64,000 nucleotides of DNA from Eledone cirrhosa (lineage: Eukaryota): contig OZ024749.1 in the NCBI GenBank assembly GCA_964016885.1, positions 46,810,001 to 46,874,000 on the forward strand. Direction: 5' to 3'. Position 1 is the first letter of the stretch. Each line of letters starts with the position of its first letter. The translations under genes and the position numbers were made by a program. Below, one piece after another: positions 1 through 16,385 of the stretch. The notes under the pieces are model-generated. The model was not told the DNA's origin and searched no databases. It saw only the letters and a program-made list of their open reading frames with translations.

Positions 1-272
1 AACACACATACACAAACTCACAAACACATATAAATATGTGTGTGTATATAAATATGTGTATGTGTATTTGTATATTTATATATATATATACAAATATATA
101 TACATATATATATATATATGTATATCCTCAACAGAGGTCCGATGTGCCTTTGATTCCAGAGTCGGGACAGATCGATATAGATCGAACCGTGAGCTGATTA
201 ACAGCGAAACGTGCGTCACGAATCATTAAACATACTGAATATTTAACAAATCGTGCTGTTATTGTTATTATT

Positions 273-480
273 GGCGTTGGATTGGCAGTATCGGTAGATG
301 GTCGGACGCCATGCTTTGACGCATAGAGTTACAGACCTTGCCATTCTTAGTTCAAATCCCGCCGAGGTTAACTTTGCCTTTCATCCTTATGTGGTCGATA
401 AAATAAAGTACCTGTAATACACTGGATAATTGCTGGCCTTGTACCAAACGTAGAACCAATTATTATTATTATTATTATCA
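273..480 (+). mobile_element. tRNA-derived SINE with Meta-type core
   Basis: A box TGGCAGTATCGG, B box GTTCAAATCC, core GCCTTTCATCCT...GTCGATAAAATAAAGTACC, (ATT)n tail. Confidence 0.8.
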
Positions 481-1828
481 TATATACATATTTATATATT
501 AAGAGAGAGCGAGAGAGATAGATACTGAGAGATAGATGGATAATAGTACGAGATGAGATGGAAAACATCTCAGGAAAAATATGTTATATACTATCATTTT
601 AAGGATGTATCCTACGAAAGTGTAGATACTACCATTTACCTTGGTATTTTGCTCTTAAACGAAAATGTTCCAAATTTCATATAGTTTCCTTTATCGTTTG
701 AAATGTGTATATTTTATTTGCATGTGTATGTACATATATATACGTGTGTCTTAGTATATGTGGGTGTGTGTGCTTTTTGGAATGTACGTGAGTATATGCA
801 TGTGTACATGATAGAATGTATGTCTGTTGCTCTGTCTGTATTTTGGTGCGTGCGTTTTTATGTGGGTGCAGGTGTGTAGTATATAATTTTCGTTTTCCAT
901 TTTCTAATATGTTCTACGCTAGAACAGTTACACAATAACTGATGCGTATGTTATACAGTTCTCTGCAGTACTTCATACCAGTATATAGTTATATCTTCTC
1001 GGTCTAACAATGGAAACGAACAGTAGTTATATGGGCAACGGTGGAACCCTGAGTATTTATCATGATTTCCTGCTATCACCCATAAATTATATTTCGAAAT
1101 TGTTTCATAAATATTACCGAATATGTGTCTGGGTATACACAAGGGTAAACAAAAAACTAAGAGTTATTTCTCAATATAGTGCACACTAAAACAAAAGGAA
1201 ATAACAATGGGGAAAGTAAAATCGATCAGATTGCTTGAAACATAAACAAATATTTCACATATAATAAAAAAACAAATAACATATAATTGATACATTAGCA
1301 TTGAGTAAGGATGAATAAAACTAGCAATACATATACTTAAAGAGGATGATATTCGCCAAATATACCCCTGCATAGAACATACTGCTATATGTACATTTGC
1401 AATAGAGCTCACATTTTCAAGAACAATCGACCATATACATACCCAGGCACCCAACGCCAAATTATAATGACTTGTATAACTTTAAGTTTAACTTTATGAT
1501 CATCGTGTACCACTCGATGAACTTTAAATTATATGTTGTCACAAGAATTAATTCACTTTCAGTATAGAAGCAACATAATTTTGTTTACATCTACAAATCA
1601 GATGGATCTCATCGAGAGGTCTCGAATCTCATGTCTGAAAAAACGTTATTTACGGTCTCCAATTGTATTGTCAGACAAGATATTAAGTCTTCAAATATTC
1701 AAGGAATGTTAGGAATTATCACACTGATAAATGCCATAACGTAAACAACATTAGCAGTGACAATAGAAACAACAAAGACAGGGACATATATCATTACACT
1801 CAACCAACACAAAATTCACCAAAAAGTG

Positions 1829-2020
1829 TAATAATAATTGTTTCTACTTTTGGCACAAGGCCAGCAATTACCCAGTACATTACTGGTACTTTATTTTATC
1901 GACACCATAAGGATGAAAGGCAAAGTTAAACTCGGCGGGATTTGAACTCAGATCATAAAGGGGCGTAACTATATACTTCAAAGCATGGGGTCCGACTCTC
2001 TACAGATACTGCCAATCCCC
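1829..2020 (-). mobile_element. Same SINE, full length
   Basis: Reverse complement of the 273-480 element. Confidence 0.8.
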
Positions 2021-2190
2021 TAATAATAATTGTTTCTATTTTTTTGCATAAGGCCAGCAATTAAATCAGTTTATTACTGGTATTTTATTTTATCGACCAC
2101 GTAAGGATGAAAGGCAAAGTTAACCTCGGCGGGATTTGAACTCAGTCCGTAAACGAACGTAACAGTGTGCGTAACTGGTGTCCGACCCTC
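2021..2190 (-). mobile_element. Same SINE, tandem second copy
   Basis: TTTATCGACC..TAAGGATGAAAGGCAAAGTTAACCTCGGCGGGATTTGAAC. Confidence 0.8.
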
Positions 2191-3667
2191 TAATAATAAT
2201 GGTTTCTGGTTTACTAATGTTTAGTAAAGGGAAATTCTATGATAACGACTTCGCTTCTTAATTGACACTATATATGATCGCCTCGAGTAGGAATAATGCA
2301 ACACTGCATGTGAACGCACAATGCAGATGAACGTAAATAAATATTACAATTGACTTAATCCGTTGCAAAAACGATTCTCTCACCCAAGCATATCTATAGT
2401 TATACTATTAACGCTAATGAAGCACAGCAATGAAGAAATAACAATAAACTGAATTTGATGAACGTAGAGTTGATAGAAATCGAGCATATGTTTTAGAAAA
2501 TATGTGTTCATATTTTTTACATTTTAAATGTTATTAAATTTTGTAAACATTGGTCTCGTCCTCGGAATTATCAGAATAATTTTGACTACCACTGAAATAT
2601 CACTTCATATAATTTTAAATTAAATATAGATCATACACATAAACCTCTGTATAAACAGCAAAAAAAAAAAAGAATAATATAATATTATTATTGTTATCAT
2701 TTGAAACGTCCTTCGAATCCTGCAATGTTTCCATATCATACCGCGTGACACTTGAGGCAAGATGACACTTGGGGCAACATTTGATAATAGACTCATTGTA
2801 AATCAATTATCATAGAATTACGCTATAAGAGCGTAAACAATTTAAATACTTTGCAAAGAATTTAAAATGATAATACCGTTATCAGGACACAACCAGGTCC
2901 GGAGGTCAAATATAACTTATTTTAGTTACAGTAGCTAACACGTTCCTCTTATTTTTAAAATATACGATACAACTACTGTTTTCGTAACATGGTACAACAT
3001 TATACAATATTTATATTTATGGAATTTTAAATAGAAATGTAATGGAAGAAGTCAATCCTAACTTAAATGTAGAAACATCGCCTCAAATTATATTAAAGTG
3101 CGTTATTGTGTAAAGTGATTTCCTATGGTAACACATTAGTGTCATTAGGTATTATGCATTGAAGTACATAATTCGTACGAATGCAATGACATAAAGAAGT
3201 TAGAGTATAATGATATTAAGACAGGAAGAGATATTAATACATAACCAACATAACCCTTAAGAATCGGGGATTGATTTTGGCTGTATTTGCAGGGTAATGC
3301 TTATATTATTATTACCAGAAATAATGTTTGTTTTTAATGATTATAAGGAGAACACATTTGAGGAGAACGATCACATTTCACATGAGATGTTTTATATCCT
3401 GTAAACAATAATTCAGCAATTAAAGACCTTCGCCGTACTAGTATATATTCAGCTTCTTTTCCAGAGTAATTTCACTCATATTGAGTAGTATATTTATATG
3501 ACAAGTTGTCACAATGAAATGTAATTCCATTTTTCTAACGAAATATATTCCAATATATATATATATGAATCTATATAATTATTTAAAGGCGTAGGTTTAA
3601 ATGTTTGCTTTTGTAGCTACAAAGTGAAGATACTTCATAATAATATATACATACGTATATGCATATG

Positions 3668-3728
<61 letters not shown>

Positions 3729-4991
3729 GTCTGATTGTATGTATACTTGTATTTATTTACATATATGTGCTTGTGTAGGTGTGTAAATGTATGTGAAATG
3801 TGGTATTATAAAATATTTGCGTTATTTCATTTGATAGGGGAACTTTTCAATAGAAATGATTTAAGGCCTTGTTTGGTGGCAGCTACACACAAGAATTCAT
3901 TTTCTTCTGTCGTTTTAGCTATTTTTTGTAAAAATGATACATTGTGAAACAATATATATATTTCATGTATGTAAACACCACCGCTTTTGTTACAAGTTTC
4001 TTTTATAAATATACGCAACAAAAAGAGGTTTACAAAGTAATATAATGAAACAAACCAAACAACGCAAATAGCAACACAGAGCAAATCTAGAAAACTAACA
4101 ATAAAATATGTATGGAAAAAGGAAAGAATAATATTCATAATATATACGACAGTCTCTAAAATAATATATTTCGTGTTAATGTTTCTGTCCCTGAAATGAA
4201 TCAATGAATGTAAAGGAAACATTCGAAAAAGTAAACTTAGTTTTATGAAAAAGAAGTTATAAATAGTGCAAATGAAATACTTAATGAAAATACAAAAAAA
4301 TTACGAAATATTTTAAAATGAATATAAAATATTGTCGATGTTTGTTTAAGTATGAAATATTTTATATAGATATCTAAACTATAAATCTTTGTCTCTGATT
4401 ACTTTTTTTTTGTTTTTGCAATTCTGAAAATATCACCGAATACCAAAGGAAGATAAAAACAAATAATGATAGGGAAATGTATAATCCATAAATGTATAAC
4501 ATTTCTAGATTTTATTTAAGACTAAAGATGCTATCAGTTATAAAGTATTAGTAAATATATTTTCTTTAAATTATATGAAAAAAACAACATAATATATAAA
4601 TACATTCGCCATTACTCAACGTAACATTTTAGGAAACTCTTGGGTAGCTTCTCTCTATTTCTATCTCGATATTTATACGTATCTTTATTGTTTCAAATAT
4701 TATATTTATGAATTATTAAATGCAAGAATGAGCCTGCAAACAGTTAGAGACTCACCGAAGTAGCTAGCATAACAGGCAAAGCAACACATACCCACACTTT
4801 TATGCAAAATAAAACCCATGGTGAAAACACATTCACAAATAAATATATGCATACCTATTTGTATTTGTAAATTTATTATTTTAACTGAGCTGAGACAATC
4901 TAGTGTGAAACGTTAGTTATATAATGGAGAAACGCATATATACATAAGCTCACACACGTAAAACACAGGCAATCACTCACACACATACACA

Positions 4992-5044
<53 letters not shown>

Positions 5045-5975
5045 GGTATATATGTATGTATGTATTTATATATACATGCATATATATACATGCACACATC
5101 ACACACTTACACACCGCCATATACATATATATATACGGTATACATGTATGAATGTATTTATATATACATACATATATATACATGCAAACATCTATTAATA
5201 CCTTTTTATTAACCTCATATATTTAAACGCATCCATTGAAACAGCATTAACTCGAATTACGATACGAATTTAATAAGAAAATATTCTGATTCTGAAGGCA
5301 TATAATGACATTTCGATCATAATTTACGGTTATAATGTTGTGTAAAATTATTTTCAGAGTGAATTTGATTTGTTTCAGCATTTCGTTTTTCAGTGACTCT
5401 TCTTCAATTTAACAATGAAAGAATATTCAGTTAAACTTTTCAGAGAAAATAAAATATTTGATATTCATTTCGATGTCATGTTTTTAGACTGAACAATAAA
5501 TCGGATCTGTTAATTTATGTAGCTACCGAAATGTATTTTCTCGATATATGTGTGTGTCTGCAAACGTATGTGTCTATAATTAAGCCATCGTGTTGTAAAT
5601 GGCTGATAGATAATAGAGAGTGGGGAGTGAGAAATATTTTATGATTGATATTGATACATGCACACATGTATTCACTCATATACAGTGAACACAAGAATAT
5701 AGCATTGCTTCAATATATGCATTGTGCCCGCATGTATACAAAGCACATTTATGCATATCTCTCTCTCTCTATATATATATATGGCGTAACAAATTATCGT
5801 TATAGGTAATTCAATTAGAGGTTGTGAGTACTTTGCGTTGTTATGTAATGGAGATCGAGTGACGCAACTTCAAGCGATTAGCGACCTCTAGACTCACCTG
5901 ATCAATGAAACAATTGTCAATACCTGAAATAAAACCCCTTGTTGTACAGCCCACCATGTTACTCTTCATTCTTTC

Positions 5976-6027
<52 letters not shown>

Positions 6028-6800
6028 GGGGGGGGGGGGGTATATGTGTGTCTGTGTGTCTGTGTGTGTGTGTGTGTATGTGGGTCTGTCTGTCGGTGTG
6101 TGTGTCTGTCTGTATGTGTGACTATGTGTGTGTGTGCATATTTATCAATTGGTGATGTTAGCAATATATGTTCAGAAGATTATATTAATACACACATGAA
6201 CATTCCAGAATATACTTTCAAAGCTTTGACAAATATCAAATACCTAAATTAACACATTTAATATTATGAGAAATGTTTCATCGTCAGAGTTCTCTCACAA
6301 TATGAAAATATATTGTTAGTCCAGTAGTAATATATGAATTTTAACATACGTAAACATCATCAAAATTTACAAGTCTAAATGAGCGGCAGGAATAGCTCGG
6401 TTTTACTGTGTGTGTGTGTGACACATACACACATACACACGTATATATATATATATATTTACATACGCGGTAGTTATTTTGGCTCTCTGCTATCAGGTTT
6501 CGAATTTTGTAGAACGGAATTCCGTATTCGATAATAAGAAATATAGGGTGGCGGACTGAGTTTTAAAATATTGATTGCCAGGAGATGAAAGGGGCCCACC
6601 TACATATATAATGCTATACTTTTGTAGATGTCTCAAGGCAAAATCATCTGGTGTTCTTTTGGGAGAGTAACATATATATATGTTACTATCCCCAAAGATC
6701 CCTTTCCCTCCCGTTTTTCTCCCCCCTTTTTAAAAATAATTTTTAAAATGTTTTTCCCCCACTCCCCCACACATCCTTGGAACTCTCTTCCTGCCCACTT

Positions 6801-6840
6801 TTCTCCTGAGGAAGGGTTTATACCCGAAACGCCGTCCGCC
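6801..6840 (+). ncRNA. Hammerhead-like core without a local helix I
   Basis: CTGAGGA-agggt tt ataccc-GAAAC-gcc-GTC. The flanks ctc/cgc do not pair. Confidence 0.45.
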
Positions 6841-7062
6841 ACCGCCACTCTGAAGTGTGAAACTAATAATAATATGTGTACTGCCTCTTCCCTTGAGGTT
6901 TTTTTTTTGTTTTCTGTTTACTGTCTCAACTTGAACAAAAAAAAAATACATATATATATATAATTTTATTTTTTCAACTTGAGACAATAGTTTTTTACCA
7001 AAGAGCAAGACGATTGACAAGTCGTGCCCTAAATATGACTAATAGCTCTACGAAAGACATGA

Positions 7063-7425
7063 GCGTTACCACATCTTTTTAAGTTTGAATTTGAAAGTCG
7101 ATTTATAATTATTAATGTTCATTATACTTTTGTAGCTGTCTCAGTAGCGTAGCTGGAATAAGCATAGACGCTGGTGATCCTGGTGGGCAGTTCGATCATG
7201 GTCGGGAGTAGGGTTCCCGGTAAAACTTTTCAGTTTTTTTTCTATGGGATATAAAATAAAAACAGAAAAAAATTACATGTATCTTTTGCCCAGGATTGAA
7301 CCCAAGGCTTGGATCTCCACCATCTCTAGTACCTACCGCTAGTCTACTGAGACAGCTCCAACAATCTTATGAAAATTCATACTTATAACCTACTTTCAAA
7401 ATGTTCAATACAAAAAGATGATAAC
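7063..7425. mobile_element. Diverged inverted-repeat element with two convergent tRNA-like (A/B box) heads
   Basis: AGCTGTCTCAGTAG at 7134-7147 and inverted at 7344-7357. B boxes at 7190 (+) and 7293-7302 (-). Outer flanks are also inverted-similar. Confidence 0.65.
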
Positions 7426-7589
7426 TTTCTTAATGTTATCGCTCCTACTTAAGGTCGAATTCTAAATCATTTGGTGGTTCCATAAACTACTTCCTCGTTT
7501 TGTTTATCATCTATCTAGACTATATCCCAGCAATACATGTTTCATTTCTGTTGCACATCATTTCTCGACCCTCATATACCCCCCCCCCC

Positions 7590-7626
<37 letters not shown>

Positions 7627-7732
7627 TCTTTTTCTCGGTGATATTTGAATCATTGATTATACCTTATACCTATATAAATTTGTTTGCCTGTCAGATAGAA
7701 TTAAAGTTACAAGGATTGGCATTATATATATG

Positions 7733-7785
<53 letters not shown>

Positions 7786-7981
7786 CGCATGTGCTTTTAC
7801 AAATCCCTGCCTCATTCACACATTTGGCGCAGAGAAAAATACCTGTTGATAACGTGATATTCCTTGTTCGATCATTATACCAAACGCTTATAGTTTTAAG
7901 CAGACAGTATTATTGATTTAGATGTAATACAAACCCTGCATTTTGATTTTACCATCAATTACAATGGGTCCAGGTCGGTTA

Positions 7982-8075
<94 letters not shown>

Positions 8076-8398
8076 TATATATATGATTTTATCATTTATT
8101 TTGTTTGACCTGTTTATCTTGACTTGTTTTTTGGCTTCGGTGGTTAATGCCTTCTTGACCACTTTTTCAGTATTTTATTGCGTGTTAACATATATGTTTA
8201 GCTCTGTTATTTTAACTATAGAGCGCTTGCCAGTATAACTTTGATTTTACGTTTCGTTTCGCTTTTTCTACCGCCGAAATGCGATTCTCGCTGAATTTAT
8301 ATTGGTATATATAAATATACAGGAGTGCGTGTATATGTGTGCATGTAGATGTGTATATATGTATATTTATATATATATATGTGTGTGTATAGTCATAC

Positions 8399-8445
<47 letters not shown>

Positions 8446-8481
8446 TATAAAACTATATATGTATGTATATGTATGTATATG

Positions 8482-8549
<68 letters not shown>

Positions 8550-10046
8550 AGCTTTTTTTCACCATCATATATTTTGGTTTCTATTCCTTCCCTGGTGAAT
8601 TGGTTGGCCATATATTTTGCATAATTGATGTTATTTATTTAATTTTTATATTATTCTTTCTCTTAGGCTTCAGCTATTTTTGGAAAGCAACGCATTGGTC
8701 CCTAAAATATTACAGTGGTCATTGCAATACTACTCTGGGCTACTGCAATGCTACTTTGGCTCCTTGGGGGCCACTTGCAATTGGGCAACCTGGCAACCTG
8801 GCAACCTGGCCATTCCGCCACTGCAGATATGATATTAATACAACTGATTGAATAGAATGTTCTTAACTATGGTGTGTCTTACACCCACTTTGAGTTTAGT
8901 ATCTTCTTAGAATTCGTTCCTCTAATGATTTGATCTTTTGACTTCTTCGAACACGATTCATAGAAATATCTGACAGACCATAGGACCAACAACAGGGCAT
9001 AGTATACGTTCGTAATTCTCTGAGAACTTTCCGAATCGCATTGCTTCAGACACACGATTTAAACTAGTATGTCCCACTACGTAACCCAAAACGCCCTCTT
9101 AATTATATTAGTGGTCTCTGTTTGATTCTTATTACATTTACAACAGTATATACATTTATACTTTCAAGACTTCGTCTAATTAAATTTTGCTCGATCTTTC
9201 CTGTTCTCTAATCATCTGAAATTCTTCAACGCCTTTCTGAGAAACGAGACAAGAGTAACTTGTTATATATGACTTTCAAATCCGTATTTGATTAGGTATA
9301 CAATTAAAGTATTGTATACGAATGTGAGCAAATACAAATAAAGGCATTTTATCAACTAATGTCACTATGCGTCATTGAATTTTACTTACTACAAAAAAAG
9401 GTTATTATTATGGAGATGCGATTTGTATTATCTGTACCTTACCTTTGTTGAAATACAACTTGCAGGAGGTGGTGTCATTGAATGTTGAATTTAAAATGTT
9501 AAATGTTCACATTTCTTCTCTCATGAAAAATTGATTTGATTATAAATTGAAACAGAGCACACACTCAGCAATAAACTTATATATTTCCTATCAGTATGCT
9601 ATAGTCTTCAATTATACACCGTAATAGAACTATAATGATTTGGCAAAAAAGACATTCCGTATATATAAGCCATTAGATTTACGATCAGATAGTCGGCATT
9701 CATTATTAATTTATTATATAAATAGTGGCTCACCGATTGTTTGTGTTTAACAAAAGCAGCGAAAATAAAACTGTATTTTGTATATTCGGAGAGTGATCGA
9801 ATTTCAGCTCCCAATAATGATTGAATGATATTGTGATGTCATATTTGAGAAATGGGTGAACAGATTATAATGATTAGCACGTAATATTGACAGTATATAC
9901 ATACATATTCATTTATAATATAAATAATGTTAATTATAGGAATATGACAAAATGCTGTCTATATATGTGTGTGTATTTATATATATATATATATATACAC
10001 ACACGCATACACATACACACACACACACGTACACACACACACGCAC

Positions 10047-10127
<81 letters not shown>

Positions 10128-10907
10128 CAGGTAAAGAATATTTTCCTAAATTTTAAACAAGAATTTAAAGAGCAACACAAAAGAGTACTGAACACTAAAC
10201 ATATGATTGATAAACGCAGTAAAACTCAGAAAATAACACTAATGTTTCTATTAACACGCACTAAGTCAACCACTGTAAAATAATAGCCAAATATATATGC
10301 ACGTATATGCATTTATAAATATATAAATATCTATATATATCCATATATGTCTCTAAACAAACATAACATGACGCATAGCTGATTGCCAACAGGAAGAGTT
10401 ATACTGTCGACATACAGAATATAGTTAAACAATGAATCTGAATATAACTTTCTATTTGGTATATACGGCATATATATATGTAGATATGATTTCTCATAGA
10501 TACACATTATCATTTGGATACATGTGATACGATTAACTGAATATAAATATAGATGTAACCATATATATGCACACGCAGACAGGGAGGGAGGAGGATGACG
10601 AGAGAGAAAGAGAGAGAGGGTGAGAGCGAGAGAAAGAGAGAAAGCTAGAGCATGATATATGTTAGTGTGTGTATGGATGTATATATATATGTAAAAAATA
10701 TATATATATTTCAATTGAAATTGATGGTATATCGTCTTTAGAAAGACGTACGTTTTCAGACATCATGTCATTTCCGTCTTTTGGAGAGCGAAGCCAGAGA
10801 CGTCAGTAAATATCCAATATTCATTCGTATGGCATAGAAGAAAAAAGTCTGGGGAAATTGAAAAAAAATAACACACTGTGGTTGATCCATTCAAAACAAT
10901 CTTATTG

Positions 10908-10975
<68 letters not shown>

Positions 10976-11038
10976 GTGTGTGTGTGTGTGTGAGTGTGCG
11001 TGTGCGGGTGTGTATTTATATATATGCATACATGCAAT

Positions 11039-11088
<50 letters not shown>

Positions 11089-11549
11089 TTCACTTTCTAT
11101 TCATTTAAGAATAGGATTTTTCATCTGCTGTGATATATCTATTTACATTAGTGATTATTACGCCGTTCCTTTTCATAATTCATAGGCTAAAGTATTGTTC
11201 GGCCCTTCTTTATATCTATAGATGTATGATGGAATGTTTTGCTAGAAACATCTTTTATATAATTTTTTCTTCTATGCGTATTTAAGTTATTTTTGTCTTG
11301 GCATTATGTTCCTGACGTGTTATGTTTTCTTTATACTGATGGCGTAGAGGATCTTTATGTATATATTTTTTTCTGTCTCTTCTAAACTCGTTTGTTTCTC
11401 TCCATTCATATGGAAAATTACAGGGAGACATATTATTGTAACTATTGTATAGAAGTTATAATATTATGATTATGGTGATGATAATATTTAACTCTACTAC
11501 TACTACAACATCTACTACTACTGCTATTATTACATCTACTTATGATTAT

Positions 11550-11757
11550 TTTTGATTTAGGCACTAGGCTAACAACTTTAGGTGTGGGTGATTTCAATTA
11601 TATCAATCCCAGTTACTGGTGCGTTATTTTATCGACCCCGTAAAGATGATAGGCAAAGCTTGCCTCGACGGGATTTGAAATATGAACGTAAAGGGCCATA
11701 CCTCTAATTTCAAAACCATATTGTCCAATGCTCTACAGATACTGTCACTCTACCGTA
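11550..11757 (-). mobile_element. Same SINE, diverged
   Basis: TTATCGACCCCGTAAAGATGATAGGCAAAG...GGGATTTGAA. Confidence 0.7.
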
Positions 11758-13344
11758 CGTAATAATAATAATAATCTTTATAACATTTCCCTAGCAAACG
11801 ATTGCTTCAATTGAAGTATGCACGAAACACTTATTGCGTTTCAATGTTGTATATATATATATATATATATTCATCTTACATCAGGAGTTGATGCTCTTAC
11901 TAGGATAGTAACATTTGTATATTACCCTACGTCGTTGTCATTAATATCACATGTTCATCTCTCTGTATTTATCATTATTTTACATATTTTGGTACACATT
12001 AGATCGAATGCTTGATGAGTGGTGTACAACCCTCAATTATGTTGCTGTAAATTATAGTATTCACATCGCAGGATATTGTCATTTGATATATAGCATATTT
12101 TTCAAATTTCTCCATTTCTGCAACATAATGGATATTATAATGCTTATTTTTATGTTGACATATCATATATGAAGAGGGAACTAAATAATGTTCACCGTGT
12201 TCTTCCGTAAATATTTTGGTTCAAATTATGTTTCACCTTCAACGTGGAATACTGATTATATAGACGCTTTCAGTTTAAAATGGAAGGACATTTTATAGCA
12301 AACATCAATATACATAATTTTATTTGTAAAAAAAAACAGCTTCGTCTTAAAATATTTGGTACTATGATACAGTATCGCTTCTTATGCCTCATATCATATC
12401 CTAGATAATAAAATATTGGTATGGCCTCCGTATATTTACGTAGCTATCCATTAGAATATTTGCTGTTTCATCTCGACAATTCTTTAAGTTGTATAATCAT
12501 TTTAATTTCTATTATATGTCAATTCATTGAAACTATGAAATGAGAAGTTATTGTCAATCAAATTAAAATGTATATGAGACACTACTCATGTAAGGCTTCA
12601 TGTATGCATTCATTGATAATCGGCTTAGGCATAGAACATCACCATACACCTATAAACACATTTAACTGTTACTATATTTCCTTATTATGTTTATGTATAT
12701 TTTCTATTTTTCATTACATCGAATGAGGTAGGCTAACTCAAATATTAATATTTCATCTGATTTTTCTATTTATTACTGAAATAATACTTCCATTTCACTA
12801 TCATAAATACCTTTTTAATGCATTCAATTATATATATATATATATATTTAATACATTAACAGAGACAGTTTTAAGCAATACTCCGACCGACTTCCGTCTC
12901 ACTCAACAAACATTAGGATATACCTTAGTATAGTCCCAATTATACGTTTGGGGTGCTAACTATACGTATTTTGCTGATAGCCAGTTGTATTATTTTATAT
13001 GAGACCTATTTAAATATATAATGAGACATATCCATCTGCATTCTAAAAATTCAAGTGAAATAATTTCCTTACAACAATATTTATATCTGAATCGCATTAC
13101 TTATAAAAGAGTAAATGATAATTTTTCACTCAAAATCAACATTACACTGGAAGTTCTCGTAGACATGTTAGCAAAATAGTGACGGCTATAATCTTATAAT
13201 TCGTTTAGAAATGTCATGACATGGCTTTTGATGTTATCATGCACTAGGATTAACATATTATGCCATACACTTTGTGTACAAACACATATAATTATATGTA
13301 TGTATGTATATATGTATGTACACATATATACACATACACACACA

Positions 13345-13428
<84 letters not shown>

Positions 13429-13918
13429 AGTCCATTGTGGTTATGATGTATATTCATGTAAACACATTATGATTGGCAGTTATCTATCATCGACATAACG
13501 GGCAATACAGTTATGTCTGCATTCAAAATGTATATGATACAGACCGCCAGATGTGGACCTGTAGCACTTAACTACGTATGTTGAATATCAGTAATTAATG
13601 CTAGGTTTACGACATAACGACACAATTGTTGTAGAAATTAAGAACTGCATCTTACCCATAAACATTATTTAATGAATTGGAGTCCTAGACACGATCCTTA
13701 AACCATTTACATCTTTTGGGAGAATGTATGTCACCAAATCTAAGCAGAGGTTTCTGCTGCTAATCGGATTAATAATGTTTTTTTAATGATTAATTGGTTG
13801 TTATGGTTTGAATGTATGCTTAATATATTTAATCTAATATGTTTGAGGATATTGATAATTTAATTCCTAAGGCTCTAGATGATTATCCGCAGGTGCATCG
13901 AGTTCTAGCAACTTACCG

Positions 13919-14311
<393 letters not shown>

Positions 14312-14339
14312 TTATATGTATATATGTATATATATATAT

Positions 14340-14361
14340 GGTCCTTACCACATTTCCTTCG

Positions 14362-14364
<3 letters not shown>
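14340..14364 (+). mobile_element. 25-bp 3' tip of PLE family A inside (TA)n
   Basis: GGTCCTTACCACATTTCCTTCGTTA matches the family A terminus. Confidence 0.7.
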
Positions 14365-14414
<50 letters not shown>

Positions 14415-15669
14415 TATATATATAGAGATATATATATACGTATATATCAGATTCATATTTTGAACACAAAATATCAGGTACAATAGATAGTTGTAAGGTG
14501 GATTTTTTTGATTTTATTTATATGAAGTCACTAACTAGATTTGAAAGTGAACATTTCACTTAACGTTATAACAAGTAATTGCTAATTGCAATGATAAAAC
14601 TTAACTTAAAATGTTAAACTTCTTATTAAATTGCTTTTTTTACTAAAAAAAGGTAGGAACACAAGTAACTTCGTTCTAATGCATTTATTGAAAATTAAGA
14701 GACTTGCTGGGCTATATATATAAATGTATGCTTATACATCAGATAGAAACACAAAAATATCTAACACAGCTTAGGATATTATGAATGTCTCGATTCGAAC
14801 GAAAAAAAAAATTCTATCTTGTAGCAAATGTATAAATCACAATGCTTAAAATTATCATGGTTTGTCGTAGAATATCCAGATATCTAGCTCGAAACAGCAA
14901 GATATGATCATTATTTAAATAATAAATTCTTTGAGAAATTCTATTAAATGTTGTACTGTGAAATATATATGTGGAGCAGCTGCAATCAGACTCATAGGCA
15001 GACATGTTTAAGTGTTTGAAACCAACTTAAATTTCGAAAATTGAACAGTGATCAATATATACAGGAAAAATAAACATGAAGCATAAATGTTGGCATGATG
15101 TGTGATTAAATCACTAGACAATTTATAAATCATGACGTTAAACTCTGCTACATCACAAAGCATGAAATATGTGTAAGTCAAATCAGTACATTCCTGTGAA
15201 TATTATTTTAATCTCTTGTCATTTGTAATGCCCTACACTACTTTCCGAAGATCAATGTCATATTCATATAAACAGATTACCTTCAAAAGACATCTCATCG
15301 TCTTATGAATAATCACTCGAGGCGTTGTCTCATGTTTTCTGGTGAAAATCTTATGGCATGTAAGGATTCCCTATATACACAAACAAACTATCCTACACAC
15401 ACTCATATACATGTATATGTACGCATGCAATGCAATATGAAGTAAGAGAGACACAGTTGGTATTGATTTTATCTGAGGGGTGATGTTAGAAGATAACGAT
15501 AGATATTGTTGGACATGTAGCTATTATTAAATAAAAGAAACTTAACTGCAAGTTTACTTTCAATAGAATATATCACGACCTACACACACAAACACACTCT
15601 CATACACACAGAGAAATATACACACAGGCACCCATACATTCAAGCACAAACACACTAACATACACATAC

Positions 15670-15787
<118 letters not shown>

Positions 15788-16194
15788 CATGTGACTAGCG
15801 CAAATAGGGTATTGCGAAAATAAATAAAAAGGAACATAACCGAAAACATATAACGTAACTAAGCTAACCAGTAATTAGAGATTTGCAAATCCATGGATTA
15901 TAAGTATATAGAATGCTTACAATGAACTGCCAAGTGTATGAATAAGAAACTGTTTTTATATAGACTTAGATAAGTGAGAATTTGCGATCGTTTCCTTTTA
16001 AATCATTAAACATCAATCCTATCAAATACATGCCAGCATTTAGTACATTTTCCACATCATAATTTTAGGGGTTTTTTCATGTTTAAATATTGAATCTTTG
16101 TTGGTTTTGCTCGATAAGCAATATAGATGTGTCTCTGATTAATTGCCCGATATAAATACATATCATCTTGGTTCTTATTATAACTATAATAGTC

Positions 16195-16385
16195 GGGCGG
16201 GGGATTGGCAGTATCGGTAGAAGGTCGGACGCCATGCTTTGCAGCATATAGTTACGCCCGTTTATAGTCTGAGTTCAAATCCCGCCAAGGTTCACTTTGC
16301 TTTTCATCCCTACAGGCTCGATAAAATAAAGTACCAGTAATGTACTGGGATACTTTCTGGCCTTGTGCCAAATTAGAAAAATATT
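16195..16385 (+). mobile_element. Same SINE, full length
   Basis: A and B boxes, core and tail as in 273-480. Confidence 0.8.

Noticed and set aside
7134-7357. True tRNA genes
   Set aside because: A and B boxes are present, but acceptor and anticodon stems do not form a clean cloverleaf.
8783-8812. (TGGCAACC)x3 resembling a DNA-transposon terminus
   Set aside because: No partner TIR, TSD or transposase was found.
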